A model generated the notes under the pieces. The model was not told the origin of the DNA, made no database searches, and worked only from the letters and a program-made list of their open reading frames with translations. The translations under genes were made by a program, and so were the position numbers. A stretch of 64,000 nucleotides of DNA from assembly GCA_038240075.1 (NCBI GenBank), contig JBBSEC010000001.1, positions 69,151-133,150 on the forward strand, written 5' to 3'. Numbering within the stretch: the stretch's first letter is position 1; every line of letters starts with the position of its first letter. This document shows positions 8,937 to 18,609 of this stretch, in pieces. Source of the stretch: Acidimicrobiia bacterium. GTDB lineage: Bacteria > Actinomycetota > Acidimicrobiia > IMCC26256 > PALSA-610.

Positions 8937-9902
8937 GTGACCCCGCCTTCCGAGAAGGTCGATCCCGGCTCCGGCGACACGGCCGCGCTCGTCGACCGCG
9001 CCCGCGGCGGTGACCGGGTCGCGATCGCCCGCCTGATCTCGCTCGTCGAGGCCGGAGGCGCGCCGGCCAAGGCGGTGGCCGCGGCCACCGCTCCGCACGC
9101 AGGGCGCGCGTGGACTGTCGGGATCACCGGCGCGCCCGGTGCCGGCAAGTCGACGCTCACCGACGGGCTCGTGCGCGAGCTGCGCGCCCGCGATCTCGAG
9201 GTCGGTGTCCTTGCGGTCGACCCGACCAGCCCGTTCAGCGGCGGCGCGATCCTGGGTGATCGCGTGCGCATGCAGGACCACGCGATCGATCCCGGCGTGT
9301 TCATCCGGTCGATGGCGACACGCGGTCACCTCGGCGGTCTCGCGCTCGCGACCCCGCAGGCGGTCCGTGTGCTCGACGCGGCGGGGAAGCAGTGGATCGT
9401 CATCGAGACGGTCGGTGTGGGCCAGGTCGAGGTGGAGATCGCCGGTCACGCCGACTCGACGGTCGTCGTCGTCAACCCGCGGTGGGGTGACGCGGTGCAG
9501 GCGGCCAAGGCCGGGCTGTTGGAGATCGCGGATCTGTTCGTCGTGAACAAGGCCGATCGACCCGGCGCGGAGGAGACCGTGCGCGATCTCGAAGGCATGC
9601 TCGAGCTCTCGGGCGATCTCGCGTGGCGTCCTCCCGTCCTGCTCACCGTCGCGACCGACGGCACCGGCGTCGGCGAGGTGCGCGACGCGTTACAGGCTCA
9701 CCGCGAGTTCCTCGAGGCGAACGGTCTGGTCGCCGGGCGACGGAAGGAACGGGTGCGCGACGAGCTGCGCGCGATCGTCGCGGAGGAGCTGCGCGAGCAG
9801 GCGGCGGTGATCGGTTCGGGAGCGCGCTTCGAGGCACTGGTCGAACAGGTCGCGGCGCGCGAGCTCGATCCGTTCGCGGCCGCCGCCGAGTTGCTTCGCT
9901 GA
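8937..9902 (+). CDS. meaB: methylmalonyl-CoA mutase-associated GTPase MeaB/ArgK family
   Basis: 321 aa. P-loop GITGAPGAGKSTL, IETVGVGQ, VNKAD motifs. Confidence 0.9.
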   Translation: MTPPSEKVDPGSGDTAALVDRARGGDRVAIARLISLVEAGGAPAKAVAAATAPHAGRAWTVGITGAPGAGKSTLTDGLVRELRARDLEVGVLAVDPTSPFSGGAILGDRVRMQDHAIDPGVFIRSMATRGHLGGLALATPQAVRVLDAAGKQWIVIETVGVGQVEVEIAGHADSTVVVVNPRWGDAVQAAKAGLLEIADLFVVNKADRPGAEETVRDLEGMLELSGDLAWRPPVLLTVATDGTGVGEVRDALQAHREFLEANGLVAGRRKERVRDELRAIVAEELREQAAVIGSGARFEALVEQVAARELDPFAAAAELLR

Positions 9903-9918
9903 GGGCGGCGGCGTCGCG

Positions 9919-10584
9919 ATGGTCCACCCGCTCTCGGTGCTGCTCAACGGGGCCGCGCACGGCCGGTTCCCGGAGCCCGACGGCGCGGTGCACGTGCTGC
10001 CGCCGCTTCCGGGCCAGCTCGAAGCGCTGGTCGCGTTCACGGGCACCTTCTTCCTCACCGGAGCCGTGAGCCAGGCCGAGGTCGACGAGCGGGTGCCGCG
10101 CGGCGAGTTCAGCATCCCGATGTCGGGCGGATTCGTGCAGTGGCTGGGCGAGCGGCTGGGAGCGCCCGCGGCCGAGACGCAGGACATCGTGTTCGTCGCG
10201 GTGTCGCCCGGTGCCGACGAAGCGGTGAGCGACGCCGAGCCGACCGCGTTGATGGAGGTCGCAGAGTCGAGTCATCCACGAGTCGCGCTCGCCGCGCGCT
10301 ACCGGAGCGACGTGCGCGTGTACGAGACTGCGGATGGCGGCGGTGTCGTGGTGCTCGGCCGCGGCATCACCCGGCGTTGGGAGCTCGCGTTCGAGGTGGA
10401 CCCCGACGCCCGCAACGCCCGCCTCGGACGCGCGCTCGCCGCGGCCGCGGTGCGTCTGCTCCCGCAGGGCACGCCGGTGTGGGCGCAGGTCGCGCCGGGA
10501 AACACGGCCTCGGTGCGCGCCATCATCGGCGCGGGGTTCACGCCGGCGGGTGCCGAGATCCTGTTCATGCGCGAGCCCAGGTAG
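9919..10584 (+). CDS. hypothetical protein, C-terminal part weakly GNAT-like
   Basis: ORF 9919..10584 with high GC3. C-terminus RLGRALAAAAVRLL...NTASVRAIIGAGFTPAG resembles an acetyl-CoA-binding GNAT segment. No firm family call. Confidence 0.55.
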   Translation: MVHPLSVLLNGAAHGRFPEPDGAVHVLPPLPGQLEALVAFTGTFFLTGAVSQAEVDERVPRGEFSIPMSGGFVQWLGERLGAPAAETQDIVFVAVSPGADEAVSDAEPTALMEVAESSHPRVALAARYRSDVRVYETADGGGVVVLGRGITRRWELAFEVDPDARNARLGRALAAAAVRLLPQGTPVWAQVAPGNTASVRAIIGAGFTPAGAEILFMREPR

Positions 10585-10595
10585 CCTCCAAACTC

Positions 10596-11393
10596 TTGGC
10601 AGACGAGAGCGTCGACTTCAGCGGTGCGGTGACCGTCACGATCGAAGGCGGTGTCGCGCTGATCACGCTCGATCGTCCGCCGCTCAACGCGCTCTCGGCC
10701 GGCCTGCTCGCCGCGCTCGCGAAGCAGGCGCGCACGCTCAGCACCGATGACGCGGTCAAGGTGGTCGTGATCACGGGCAACGACCGCGCGTTCGCGGCCG
10801 GCGCCGATGTGACCGAGTTCGAACCGAATCGCGAGTCGGCCCGGCTCGTTGCGGCGTCGTTCCGCACCGCGTGCGACGCGATTGCCGGCATCGGGTGCCC
10901 GGTGATCGCCGCGATCCGCGGCTACGCGCTCGGTGGTGGTCTCGAGGTCGCGCTCGCATGCGACCTGCGGGTTGCGGCCGACACCACGCGGGTCGGGCAG
11001 CCCGAGATCCTCCTCGGCATCATTCCCGGCGGCGGCGCGACGCAGCGGCTGGCGAGGCTCGTCGGCGCGTCGCGGGCGAAGGAGATGATCTGGAGCGGGC
11101 GCCAGGTGCGCGCCGACGAAGCGCTCGCGATGGGCCTCGTCGACCGGGTCGTCCCCGCCGACGACGTGCTCGACAACGCGTTGGCGTGGGCACGGTCGTT
11201 CGCGTCGGGCGCGGTGGCGGCGATGAGCCTCGCGAAGCGTGCGATCGACGACGGCCTCGAGCGCTCACTCGTCGAAGGCCTCGATCTCGAGGCCGACCGC
11301 TTCGCCGACGCGTTCGAGACCCACGACGCCGCCGTGGGGATTGCGAGCTACCTGGATCACGGGCCGGGCAAGGCCCACTTCACGGGGTCGTAG
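10596..11393 (+). CDS. enoyl-CoA hydratase/isomerase (crotonase) family
   Basis: Distal part of ORF 10140..11393. GVALITLDRPPLNAL, ITGNDRAFAAGADV, GYALGGGLEVALACD. Start is TTG 10596 or GTG 10629. Confidence 0.85.
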   Translation: MADESVDFSGAVTVTIEGGVALITLDRPPLNALSAGLLAALAKQARTLSTDDAVKVVVITGNDRAFAAGADVTEFEPNRESARLVAASFRTACDAIAGIGCPVIAAIRGYALGGGLEVALACDLRVAADTTRVGQPEILLGIIPGGGATQRLARLVGASRAKEMIWSGRQVRADEALAMGLVDRVVPADDVLDNALAWARSFASGAVAAMSLAKRAIDDGLERSLVEGLDLEADRFADAFETHDAAVGIASYLDHGPGKAHFTGS

Positions 11394-12348
11394 CCGCGAG
11401 GAACTCGTCCGCGGAGCGCGATTGCGGAGCCGCGCCGGCGCGTGCCATGTCGGTGCAGACCCGGGCGAGCGCTTCGTTGACGGGGGCGGGAACTCCGTGG
11501 AGGCGCGCGAGCAACACGATCTCACCGTTGAGGTAGTCGGACTCGACACGGCCCGTCCGCCGTTCGAGGCTCTGCCACGACGAACCGCCGCCGCGCCGCG
11601 CGGAACCGATCGGGCGCATGCGCAGGGTGTCGCCGCGGAGGGCCGCGTCTTCCTCGTTCGACGCGAAGTCGATGCCGGCGGCGCGCAGCACGGCCGCACC
11701 TTCCCGGCGCACCTGCTGCGCGACCGCGTTGCGCGCGTCCGATGGCGCGAATGAGGCCTCGGCCGCGTTGGCCAGGTTCATCAGCAGCTTCGTGTGCTTC
11801 CAACGCATGATGTCGGGCCGCGCCTCGGACGCGAAGGTCGCGTCGCGCAACGCGGCCGCTATTGCCTCTGCGGCCGTGTCGACCCCGGTGGGGAATCGGC
11901 CGAGATGCAGGATGCCGGGTGTCGGCGATGAGTAGGCCTGCACCACGCCGGGCACGAGATGGGTCGTGGGCAACATGACGCACATCCCGTAGACGTTCGC
12001 GAACAGGCGCAGCGCGGCCCGTTCGTTCTCGACTCCGTTCTGTGCACACACGATCGGCGTGGTGGGTGCGGCGACGGCCGTCAACGCGGCCAAGGCGTCG
12101 GCCGTGTCCTGCGACTTCATTGCGAGGATCACGACGTCGCCGGCGCCGATGTGCAACCGCGACGGATGTTCGACGGCCTCAACCGCGGTCGTCACCGGGC
12201 CATCGGCGGATTCGACCGTGAGACCCTGCGAACGGATGGCCTCGAAGTGCTCACCGCGCGCGATCAGCACGACGTCGTGGCCGTGCTCGGCCAGCCGGCC
12301 GCCGATCACCCCGCCGACGGCACCGGCGCCGTGGACGACGAACCTCAC
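11380..12348 (-). CDS. ketopantoate reductase (ApbA/PanE) family oxidoreductase
   Basis: Distal 322 aa of ORF 11380..13218. N-terminal Rossmann motif VVHGAGAVGGVIGG. GTG 12348 overlaps the upstream TGA (GTGA). Confidence 0.8.
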   Translation of the reverse strand: MRFVVHGAGAVGGVIGGRLAEHGHDVVLIARGEHFEAIRSQGLTVESADGPVTTAVEAVEHPSRLHIGAGDVVILAMKSQDTADALAALTAVAAPTTPIVCAQNGVENERAALRLFANVYGMCVMLPTTHLVPGVVQAYSSPTPGILHLGRFPTGVDTAAEAIAAALRDATFASEARPDIMRWKHTKLLMNLANAAEASFAPSDARNAVAQQVRREGAAVLRAAGIDFASNEEDAALRGDTLRMRPIGSARRGGGSSWQSLERRTGRVESDYLNGEIVLLARLHGVPAPVNEALARVCTDMARAGAAPQSRSADEFLAATTP

Positions 12349-13334
12349 GGCCGGGCCGCGATCAGGGTCTCCTCCACGACCTTGCTCCGATCCTCTCCCC
12401 ACGGCAGTGGGAAGACGATCGGGGTGTCGACACCGGCGTCGACGTACGCCTGCACCGAGTCGGCGACGTGCTTCGCGTCCCCCATGATCTGCACGCCGTC
12501 GACCCACGCGTCGGAGACCGCAGCGATGGCCGCGTCGCGTTCGCGAGCTTCGTGGTGGGCGCGCACCTCGGCAACCGCGTCGGCGTACCCGGCACGTGCG
12601 AAGTTCACCGCGTACGCGTCGACGACGGCGTAGGAGAAGAGGTCGCGGCGCGCGGATTCGGCGTAGCGGTCGCGGTCGGTGACGCCGACGTGCACGTACG
12701 CGTAGATGCGGGCCGGCCCACCGGCACGAACCTGCTCGACCGACCACGGAACGAGCGATGCCGGCAGGTAGTTGAGCAGCACGCCGTCGGCGACCTCTCC
12801 CGCAAGCTTCAGCATCCCGGCGTTCAGTGCGCCGATAATGATCTTGGGTTTGCGCTCGGTTGGCCGGAGTCCGAGCCGGAACCGGGACACGCGGTAGAAG
12901 TCGCCGTCGAACGACACCGTCTCGCCCGAGAGGCATTCGCGCACGAGCGCGACGTACTCGCGCACCTGCGCGAGTGGCCGGTCGCCGTAGGTCGCGCCGT
13001 GCCAACGACCCGCGACCGCGGGCGACGAGATGCCGATGCCGAGGAAGATGTCGCGGTCGGGCGCGAGCTGCTGCAGTGTCGCCGCGGCCATCGCCGCGAG
13101 CGGCGGGGTGCGAAGCTGCAGCGCGAGCACGCCGGTGCCGAGGCCCAGGGTGGGTGCCGCCACCGACACCGCACCGAGCAGTGAGAACGCCTCGCTCCCG
13201 TTGGCCTCGGCGACCCACAGCGAGTCGTATCCGAGGCGTTCCGCGAGGCGCGCGGTCGTGATCGTCGTCGGCGCGCCGAGCGCCTGCAGTGACGCGGTCG
13301 TGGCGCCGTAGACCGTCGCGGGTCCCATGGTCAT
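12345..13334 (-). CDS. luciferase-like (LLM class) flavin/F420-dependent oxidoreductase
   Basis: 329 aa. AERLGYDSLWVAEANGSEAF and GIGISSPAVAGRWHG are typical LLM TIM-barrel sequences. Confidence 0.8.
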   Translation of the reverse strand: MTMGPATVYGATTASLQALGAPTTITTARLAERLGYDSLWVAEANGSEAFSLLGAVSVAAPTLGLGTGVLALQLRTPPLAAMAAATLQQLAPDRDIFLGIGISSPAVAGRWHGATYGDRPLAQVREYVALVRECLSGETVSFDGDFYRVSRFRLGLRPTERKPKIIIGALNAGMLKLAGEVADGVLLNYLPASLVPWSVEQVRAGGPARIYAYVHVGVTDRDRYAESARRDLFSYAVVDAYAVNFARAGYADAVAEVRAHHEARERDAAIAAVSDAWVDGVQIMGDAKHVADSVQAYVDAGVDTPIVFPLPWGEDRSKVVEETLIAARP

Positions 13335-13370
13335 GCTCCTCTTCTCGCGGTGTTCCTCACGATGTTTCCG

Positions 13371-13814
13371 TCACGATGCTTCGATGATGCGTTGCAGGCG
13401 GGCGAGGTTGCCGCGCCAGAGCCGTTTCAGCACGGGCTTGGCGACCTGCTCGCCGACCGGCCCGCCCATCCACCACGGGAACCGCAGCCGTTCGTTCCAG
13501 CAGAACCGGGTCTGACCGCGACGCTTCCGCTTGATCGTGAACTGCCCGCGCCCGGTGACGACGCCACGGTGCTCGATCCCCATCGTGTGGCCCGGGTCCC
13601 AGTCGGTGATGGTCATGCGGTCGGTCGTGCGGAACGGTCCGACGCGCGTGAGGCAGTCGAACTCGGTTCCGATGCCGCGCCGGCGTGACGACACGAACGT
13701 GATGCGCTCCGCGTCGGCCATCCAGTCGGTGTGGTGCTCGATCGACTCGACGACGTCCCACACGGCTGCGGGCGACGCGTCGATGGTGGTGCACACGTGA
13801 ATCTTGACAGTCAT
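13371..13814 (-). CDS. SRPBCC (polyketide cyclase/START-like) family protein
   Basis: Distal 147 aa of ORF 13371..14162 from ATG 13814 (MTVKIHVCTTIDASPAAVWDVV...). Overlaps the galT stop as ATGA. Confidence 0.7.
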   Translation of the reverse strand: MTVKIHVCTTIDASPAAVWDVVESIEHHTDWMADAERITFVSSRRRGIGTEFDCLTRVGPFRTTDRMTITDWDPGHTMGIEHRGVVTGRGQFTIKRKRRGQTRFCWNERLRFPWWMGGPVGEQVAKPVLKRLWRGNLARLQRIIEAS

Positions 13815-14755
13815 GCTGCCGTGCCTTCGGGCGCGGGTTCGTCGCGCAACGCCGTGGCGGCGTGCTCGGGCGGGACGATGTTGACGAACAGACCGGTGCC
13901 CCGTTCGAAACCGGCCGTGACACTGAGCCGGGGCGTGATGCGCACGTACCAGTGGTATCCGGGGCGTGCCGCCGGCGGTGCCGTGTGGATCACGAGGTTG
14001 TAGGGCGGGTCTCCGAGCAGGCCGGCGAGCCGGCCCAACACGTCGTGAACCGAGCGGCCGACGACGTCGATCTCGGGGTCGGTTGCCTCGTCGAACCGCG
14101 CCCGCGTCGACCGGTGCGCGACGAGCACCTCGAACGGCTCGCTCGCGCCCGGCGTGCACCACGCGGGTGCCGGCCCGTCGATGATCGCGAACTCCGACCC
14201 GCGCGCGGTGCTCAACGAGTCGGCGACGAGGTCGCGGCCCGACCGGTCGAAGCGGGCGAGATCGTCGTTCACGGCCGGAGGAACGAAGTCGAGCGCGACG
14301 AGTTGCGCGTGCGGATGCTCGATCGACGCGCCCGCGGCCCGGCCGTGGTTCACGAACGGCACGACGTGCGCGAGCCCGGCGCCGAGGTGCAGCGCGGCGC
14401 GGTCACGTAGGACGCGCAGGACGTCGATCGCGGCATCCGTCGGCAGCGCGCCGAGCGACCGGTCGTGCGCGGGTGACAGCACGATGACCTCGTGCGCGCC
14501 GGCGACGGCGCCGCCGACGATGGGGTAGAGGTTGGGCACGACCCGGGTCGTCCACCCCGGCTCGTCGGCCGGGCCGAGGCCCAGACGGGCGACCTCCGGT
14601 GGTGTCTCGTGCTCGTGACCCGGACAGAACGGACAGTGCTCGGGATGCGCGGGCGGCGGCTCGACCGGCCGGCGGAACGTCTCGGGCCGCGCGGCGCGGT
14701 CGCCGGCGACGATGACGAGCCGGTCGGTCAGCGCATCATGTCTGATCTCGGGCAT
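13811..14755 (-). CDS. galT: galactose-1-phosphate uridylyltransferase (HIT superfamily)
   Basis: 314 aa. Zinc motif CPFCPGHEHETP and active site ASIEHPHAQL (HxHxQ). Confidence 0.85.
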   Translation of the reverse strand: MPEIRHDALTDRLVIVAGDRAARPETFRRPVEPPPAHPEHCPFCPGHEHETPPEVARLGLGPADEPGWTTRVVPNLYPIVGGAVAGAHEVIVLSPAHDRSLGALPTDAAIDVLRVLRDRAALHLGAGLAHVVPFVNHGRAAGASIEHPHAQLVALDFVPPAVNDDLARFDRSGRDLVADSLSTARGSEFAIIDGPAPAWCTPGASEPFEVLVAHRSTRARFDEATDPEIDVVGRSVHDVLGRLAGLLGDPPYNLVIHTAPPAARPGYHWYVRITPRLSVTAGFERGTGLFVNIVPPEHAATALRDEPAPEGTAA

Positions 14756-14774
14756 GGATTAGTACCCTAGGGCT

Positions 14775-16133
14775 GTGCCTGTGCGCTTCGTGATCCTCGG
14801 TGGTGGCCCGGCGGGAAACACCGCGGCGACCGTCGCCGCGACCCTCGGCGCCGAGGTCACCCTGATCGAGCGCGACGTCGTCGGCGGCGCGGCGCACCTC
14901 TGGGACTGCATCCCGTCGAAGGCGATGATCGCGACCGGCGGCCAGCTTTCGGAGCTCACCCGGGCCCGCGTGATGGGCTTGCGCGCCGAAGGCAACCTCG
15001 ACTTCGACGCGCTGCGCGAGCGGGTGGCCTCGATCGAGGGCCGCCTGCACGAGTCGGTCCGGAGCCTGCTCGAGTCGCAGGGTGTGCGCATGATCTCCGG
15101 TACCGGGCGTTTCGTCGGTCCCTACACCGTCGCGGTCGAGACCGAGGCGGGCACCGAAGAGATCGACGGCGACGCCATCCTGCTCGCGACCGGTTCGCGC
15201 CCGCGCATTCCCGACTGGGTCGCCGCCGACGGCGAACGCATCCTCACGACCCGGCAGGCCTACCCGCCGCCCGAGATCCCCGATCATCTCGTCGTCGTCG
15301 GATCCGGTGTCACCGGCGTGGAGTTCACGCACATGTTCAGCGCGCTCGGCTCGCAGGTCACGCTGATCGTGTCGCGCCAGCAGGTGCTCCCCACCAAGGA
15401 CCCCGAGGTGGCCTCGGTGCTCGAGGAGGAGTTCCTCTCGCGCGGCGTCAAGCTCCTCAAGGGTGCCCGCGCGATCGCGATCGACCGCGACGGATCGAAG
15501 ACGTTCGTCTCGTGCGACGACGGCCGCCGCGCCGACGGCTCGCACACGCTGCTCGCCATCGGCTCGATCCCCAACAGCAACGACATCGGTTGCGAGGCCG
15601 CCGGCATCCACGTCGACGAGCGCGGCTACGTGCCCGGCAACCGGCACTGCCAGACCAACGTTGCGCACATCTACTCCGCGGGCGATGTCTCGGGGCGGTT
15701 GCCGCTCTCGTCGGTCGCGGCGATGCAGGGACGCAAGATCGCGGAGCACGTGATGGGGCTCACCGCGGTCGCGCACCGCCATCTCGATTACGACAAGGCC
15801 GCGTCGGCCATCTTCACCGAGCCCGAGATCGCCGATGTCGGTCTCGCCGAGGCCGAAGCCTTCGCCGCCGGCCGCAAGCTGCGGGTCACGAAGGTGCCGT
15901 TCTCGTCGAACGCGCAGGCGCTCATCAAGGGCGACTCGCGCGGGTTCGTGAAGATCCTCTCCGATCCGGCCACCGGTGTCGTGCTCGGAGGTTCGATCGT
16001 CGGCCGCAACGCCGCCGAGCTGATCAGCGTGGTCGCGCTCGCGGTGACCAACCGACTCACCGTCACCGACATCGTCGACTCGCTCCTCGTGCACCCGGCG
16101 CTCGCCGAATCGCTCGCCGAGGCCGCGTCGTAG
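14775..16133 (+). CDS. pyridine nucleotide-disulfide oxidoreductase, NAD(P)H-quinone dehydrogenase (mycobacterial LpdA-like)
   Basis: 452 aa. FAD motif ILGGGPAG. GGAAHLWDCIPSK stands in place of GGTCLNVGCIPSK, so only one Cys. C-terminal dimerisation domain ending HPALAESL. Confidence 0.85.
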   Translation: MPVRFVILGGGPAGNTAATVAATLGAEVTLIERDVVGGAAHLWDCIPSKAMIATGGQLSELTRARVMGLRAEGNLDFDALRERVASIEGRLHESVRSLLESQGVRMISGTGRFVGPYTVAVETEAGTEEIDGDAILLATGSRPRIPDWVAADGERILTTRQAYPPPEIPDHLVVVGSGVTGVEFTHMFSALGSQVTLIVSRQQVLPTKDPEVASVLEEEFLSRGVKLLKGARAIAIDRDGSKTFVSCDDGRRADGSHTLLAIGSIPNSNDIGCEAAGIHVDERGYVPGNRHCQTNVAHIYSAGDVSGRLPLSSVAAMQGRKIAEHVMGLTAVAHRHLDYDKAASAIFTEPEIADVGLAEAEAFAAGRKLRVTKVPFSSNAQALIKGDSRGFVKILSDPATGVVLGGSIVGRNAAELISVVALAVTNRLTVTDIVDSLLVHPALAESLAEAAS

Positions 16134-16161
16134 CGACCGTGCCATCGTCAGGGGAGCGCCC

Positions 16162-17109
16162 GTGCGCGCGCTAGTGACCGGTGCGGCCGGATTCGTCGGG
16201 AGCCATCTCGTCGAGGGGCTCGTCGCCCAGGGCGACACCGTGCTCGGTGTCGACTGCTTCACGACCTACTACGACGTCGCGCAGAAGCGCGCGAACGCGG
16301 CGGGGCTCGCCGGGCCTGCGGTCGAGATGGTCGACGCCGATCTGCGCGTCGCCGCGATCGAGCCGTTGCTCGACGGGATCGACGTCGTGTTCCATCAGGC
16401 CGCACAGCCGGGAGTGCGGCTCTCGTGGTCGAGCGGGTTCCGCGAGTACGTCGAGCAGAACGTGATCGTCACGCAACGGCTGCTCGACGCGGTGCTCGTC
16501 GCCGGCGCGCGACGTGTGGTCTACGCATCGAGCTCGTCGGTCTACGGCCACCAGGCGCGTTACCCGGTCCGCGAGGACGATCTCCCGGCGCCCTTCAGCC
16601 CGTACGGGGTGACGAAGCTCGCCGCCGAGCATCTCTGCGGCGTCTACGCAGAGAACTGGGGCCTCCCGACGGTTTCGTTGCGGTACTTCACCGTGTTCGG
16701 TCCGCGGCAGCGGCCCGACATGTCGATCTACCGGTTGTGCGAGTCGGCGCTCGGCGGCGATGTCTTCCCGTGCTTCGGCGACGGCAGCCAGATCCGCGAG
16801 TTCACCTACGTGTCCGACATCGTCTCGGGAAACCTTGCCGCGGCCGCGGCCGACGTGGCGCCGGGCACGATCGTCAACCTGGCGGGCGGGGGAGAGATCA
16901 CGCTGTCGGATCTCATCGTGATGGTGGGCGACGTCGCCGGCTCACCGGTCGGCGTCGAAGCACGACCGTTCGAGCCGGGTGACTCGCGCCGCAACGGTGG
17001 CGCGGTCGATCGCGCGAACGCGAGGCTCGGGTGGGAACCGCAGGTGCCCCTGGCCGACGGGATCAACCTCCAACTCGCCTGGCACCGCTCCCGCATCGCG
17101 TCGCGGTAG
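16162..17109 (+). CDS. NAD-dependent nucleotide-sugar epimerase/dehydratase (extended SDR)
   Basis: 315 aa. VTGAAGFVGSHL, SPYGVTKLAAE (YxxxK). RBS AGGGGAG lies 5 nt upstream of GTG 16162. Confidence 0.85.
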   Translation: MRALVTGAAGFVGSHLVEGLVAQGDTVLGVDCFTTYYDVAQKRANAAGLAGPAVEMVDADLRVAAIEPLLDGIDVVFHQAAQPGVRLSWSSGFREYVEQNVIVTQRLLDAVLVAGARRVVYASSSSVYGHQARYPVREDDLPAPFSPYGVTKLAAEHLCGVYAENWGLPTVSLRYFTVFGPRQRPDMSIYRLCESALGGDVFPCFGDGSQIREFTYVSDIVSGNLAAAAADVAPGTIVNLAGGGEITLSDLIVMVGDVAGSPVGVEARPFEPGDSRRNGGAVDRANARLGWEPQVPLADGINLQLAWHRSRIASR

Positions 17110-17112
17110 ATC

Positions 17113-18609
17113 ATGCGCCGGGGCGGGTTGATCGTGGCGGTGGCCGTGGCGGTGCTCGCGGCCGCCTGCTCTTCGTCGAAGCACGCGGCGAAACCGCGCG
17201 CGCCCGCGACGACCACGACGATCGCGACGCCCGCGAACATCGTGGTTGCGCGCGTCGCGGCCGCGCCGGCGCAGACCATCGAGGGATTCGGCGCGTCGGG
17301 GGCATGGTGGCCGATCGACCTCGCGAAGTTTCCGGCGAGTGCGCAGAAGCTCGTCGCCCAGATGCTGTTCTCGCCCCAGGGCATCGCGCTCTCGGGCTAC
17401 CGGTACAACATCGGAGGCGGCGGGGTCGGTGTGCACACCGCCGACCGGGCGCCGAAGCAGGTTGCCGACGACACTGCGGGGCTCACGTTCGTGCGCGCCG
17501 CGAGTGCCGCGCACGTTCCCCTTCTCACCGGCTTCGTCAACGGTGCGCCTCCGCAGTTCACGACGAACGGCAAGGCCTGCGGCGGCAACCTGAAGGTCGG
17601 CAGCGAGGCTGCCTACGCGGGCTACCTCGCCGGAGTCGTCGCCCGACTCCACACCGACGACCACATCACGCTGTCGTACGTGAGCCCGATGAACGAGCCC
17701 GACAACAGCTTCGGCGACTGCGGGCAAGAAGGCATGCAGGTTCCGGTCGCGCAGCGGGCGCTCGTCATCCGTGACCTCGGCGCCGCGCTCGCGCAGCAGG
17801 CTCCGTACGCCAAGGTCGTCGCCGACGAGACGACTGCCGACACGCTCTTGGCCAACGAGGCGCCGGTGTGGTTGGCCGCGCCCGGCACGGCTCAGTACGT
17901 CGCCGCCATCGCGCACCACACCTACGACTTCCCCACCGATCCGTTGCGCCGGCTGCTGCCTCCGCTCGCCACTCGCTACGCGAAGCCGACGTGGATGACC
18001 GAGATCTGCTGCTACAAGGGATCGGGCGGGGTCGCGTCGAGCTTCGGTGCGCAGTACGACCCGACGATGACGCAGGGCCTGTGGCTCGCCGACCAGATCG
18101 ACTCCGACTTCACGGTCGCGGGCGACAGTGCGTGGTACTGGTGGACCGCGCTGTCGTCGGTGATCGGCTGCGACCCGAAAGCCGACCCGGCGTGCGTGAC
18201 GCGCCTCAACACCAAGGGCTTCAACGACGGCTTGCTCTACTACGACCCTGCGTTCGCAACCGATGGCGTCACCAAGATCTTCACGACGAAACGGTTCTAT
18301 GTGCTGGGACAGTTCAGCCGGTACGTGCGGCCGGGCGCGGTCCGTCACGACGTGACTGGCGCGCCGCCCGGCGTGCACGTCATGGCGTTCCAACACGGCA
18401 AGCGCTGGACAGTGGTCGCGTGGAACGAGGGTGACTCGCTCGAGGCGGTGGGGCTCGCGATTCCCGGTTCGCCGACGACGACCACAGCCGCCGTCTCGAC
18501 CTCGGCGAACCGCGCGCTCTCGCCGGCCGCGGCACCCGGCCGCACGGCGAACGGTACGTGGATCGCCATCATCTCGCCGAGCACGATCGTGACCTACACG
18601 TTCGGATGA
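17113..18609 (+). CDS. glycoside hydrolase family 30-like lipoprotein
   Basis: 498 aa. Lipobox LAAAC followed by SSS. IEGFGASGAWW, MNEPDN and WMTE(I) resemble GH30 catalytic regions. Confidence 0.7.
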   Translation: MRRGGLIVAVAVAVLAAACSSSKHAAKPRAPATTTTIATPANIVVARVAAAPAQTIEGFGASGAWWPIDLAKFPASAQKLVAQMLFSPQGIALSGYRYNIGGGGVGVHTADRAPKQVADDTAGLTFVRAASAAHVPLLTGFVNGAPPQFTTNGKACGGNLKVGSEAAYAGYLAGVVARLHTDDHITLSYVSPMNEPDNSFGDCGQEGMQVPVAQRALVIRDLGAALAQQAPYAKVVADETTADTLLANEAPVWLAAPGTAQYVAAIAHHTYDFPTDPLRRLLPPLATRYAKPTWMTEICCYKGSGGVASSFGAQYDPTMTQGLWLADQIDSDFTVAGDSAWYWWTALSSVIGCDPKADPACVTRLNTKGFNDGLLYYDPAFATDGVTKIFTTKRFYVLGQFSRYVRPGAVRHDVTGAPPGVHVMAFQHGKRWTVVAWNEGDSLEAVGLAIPGSPTTTTAAVSTSANRALSPAAAPGRTANGTWIAIISPSTIVTYTFG

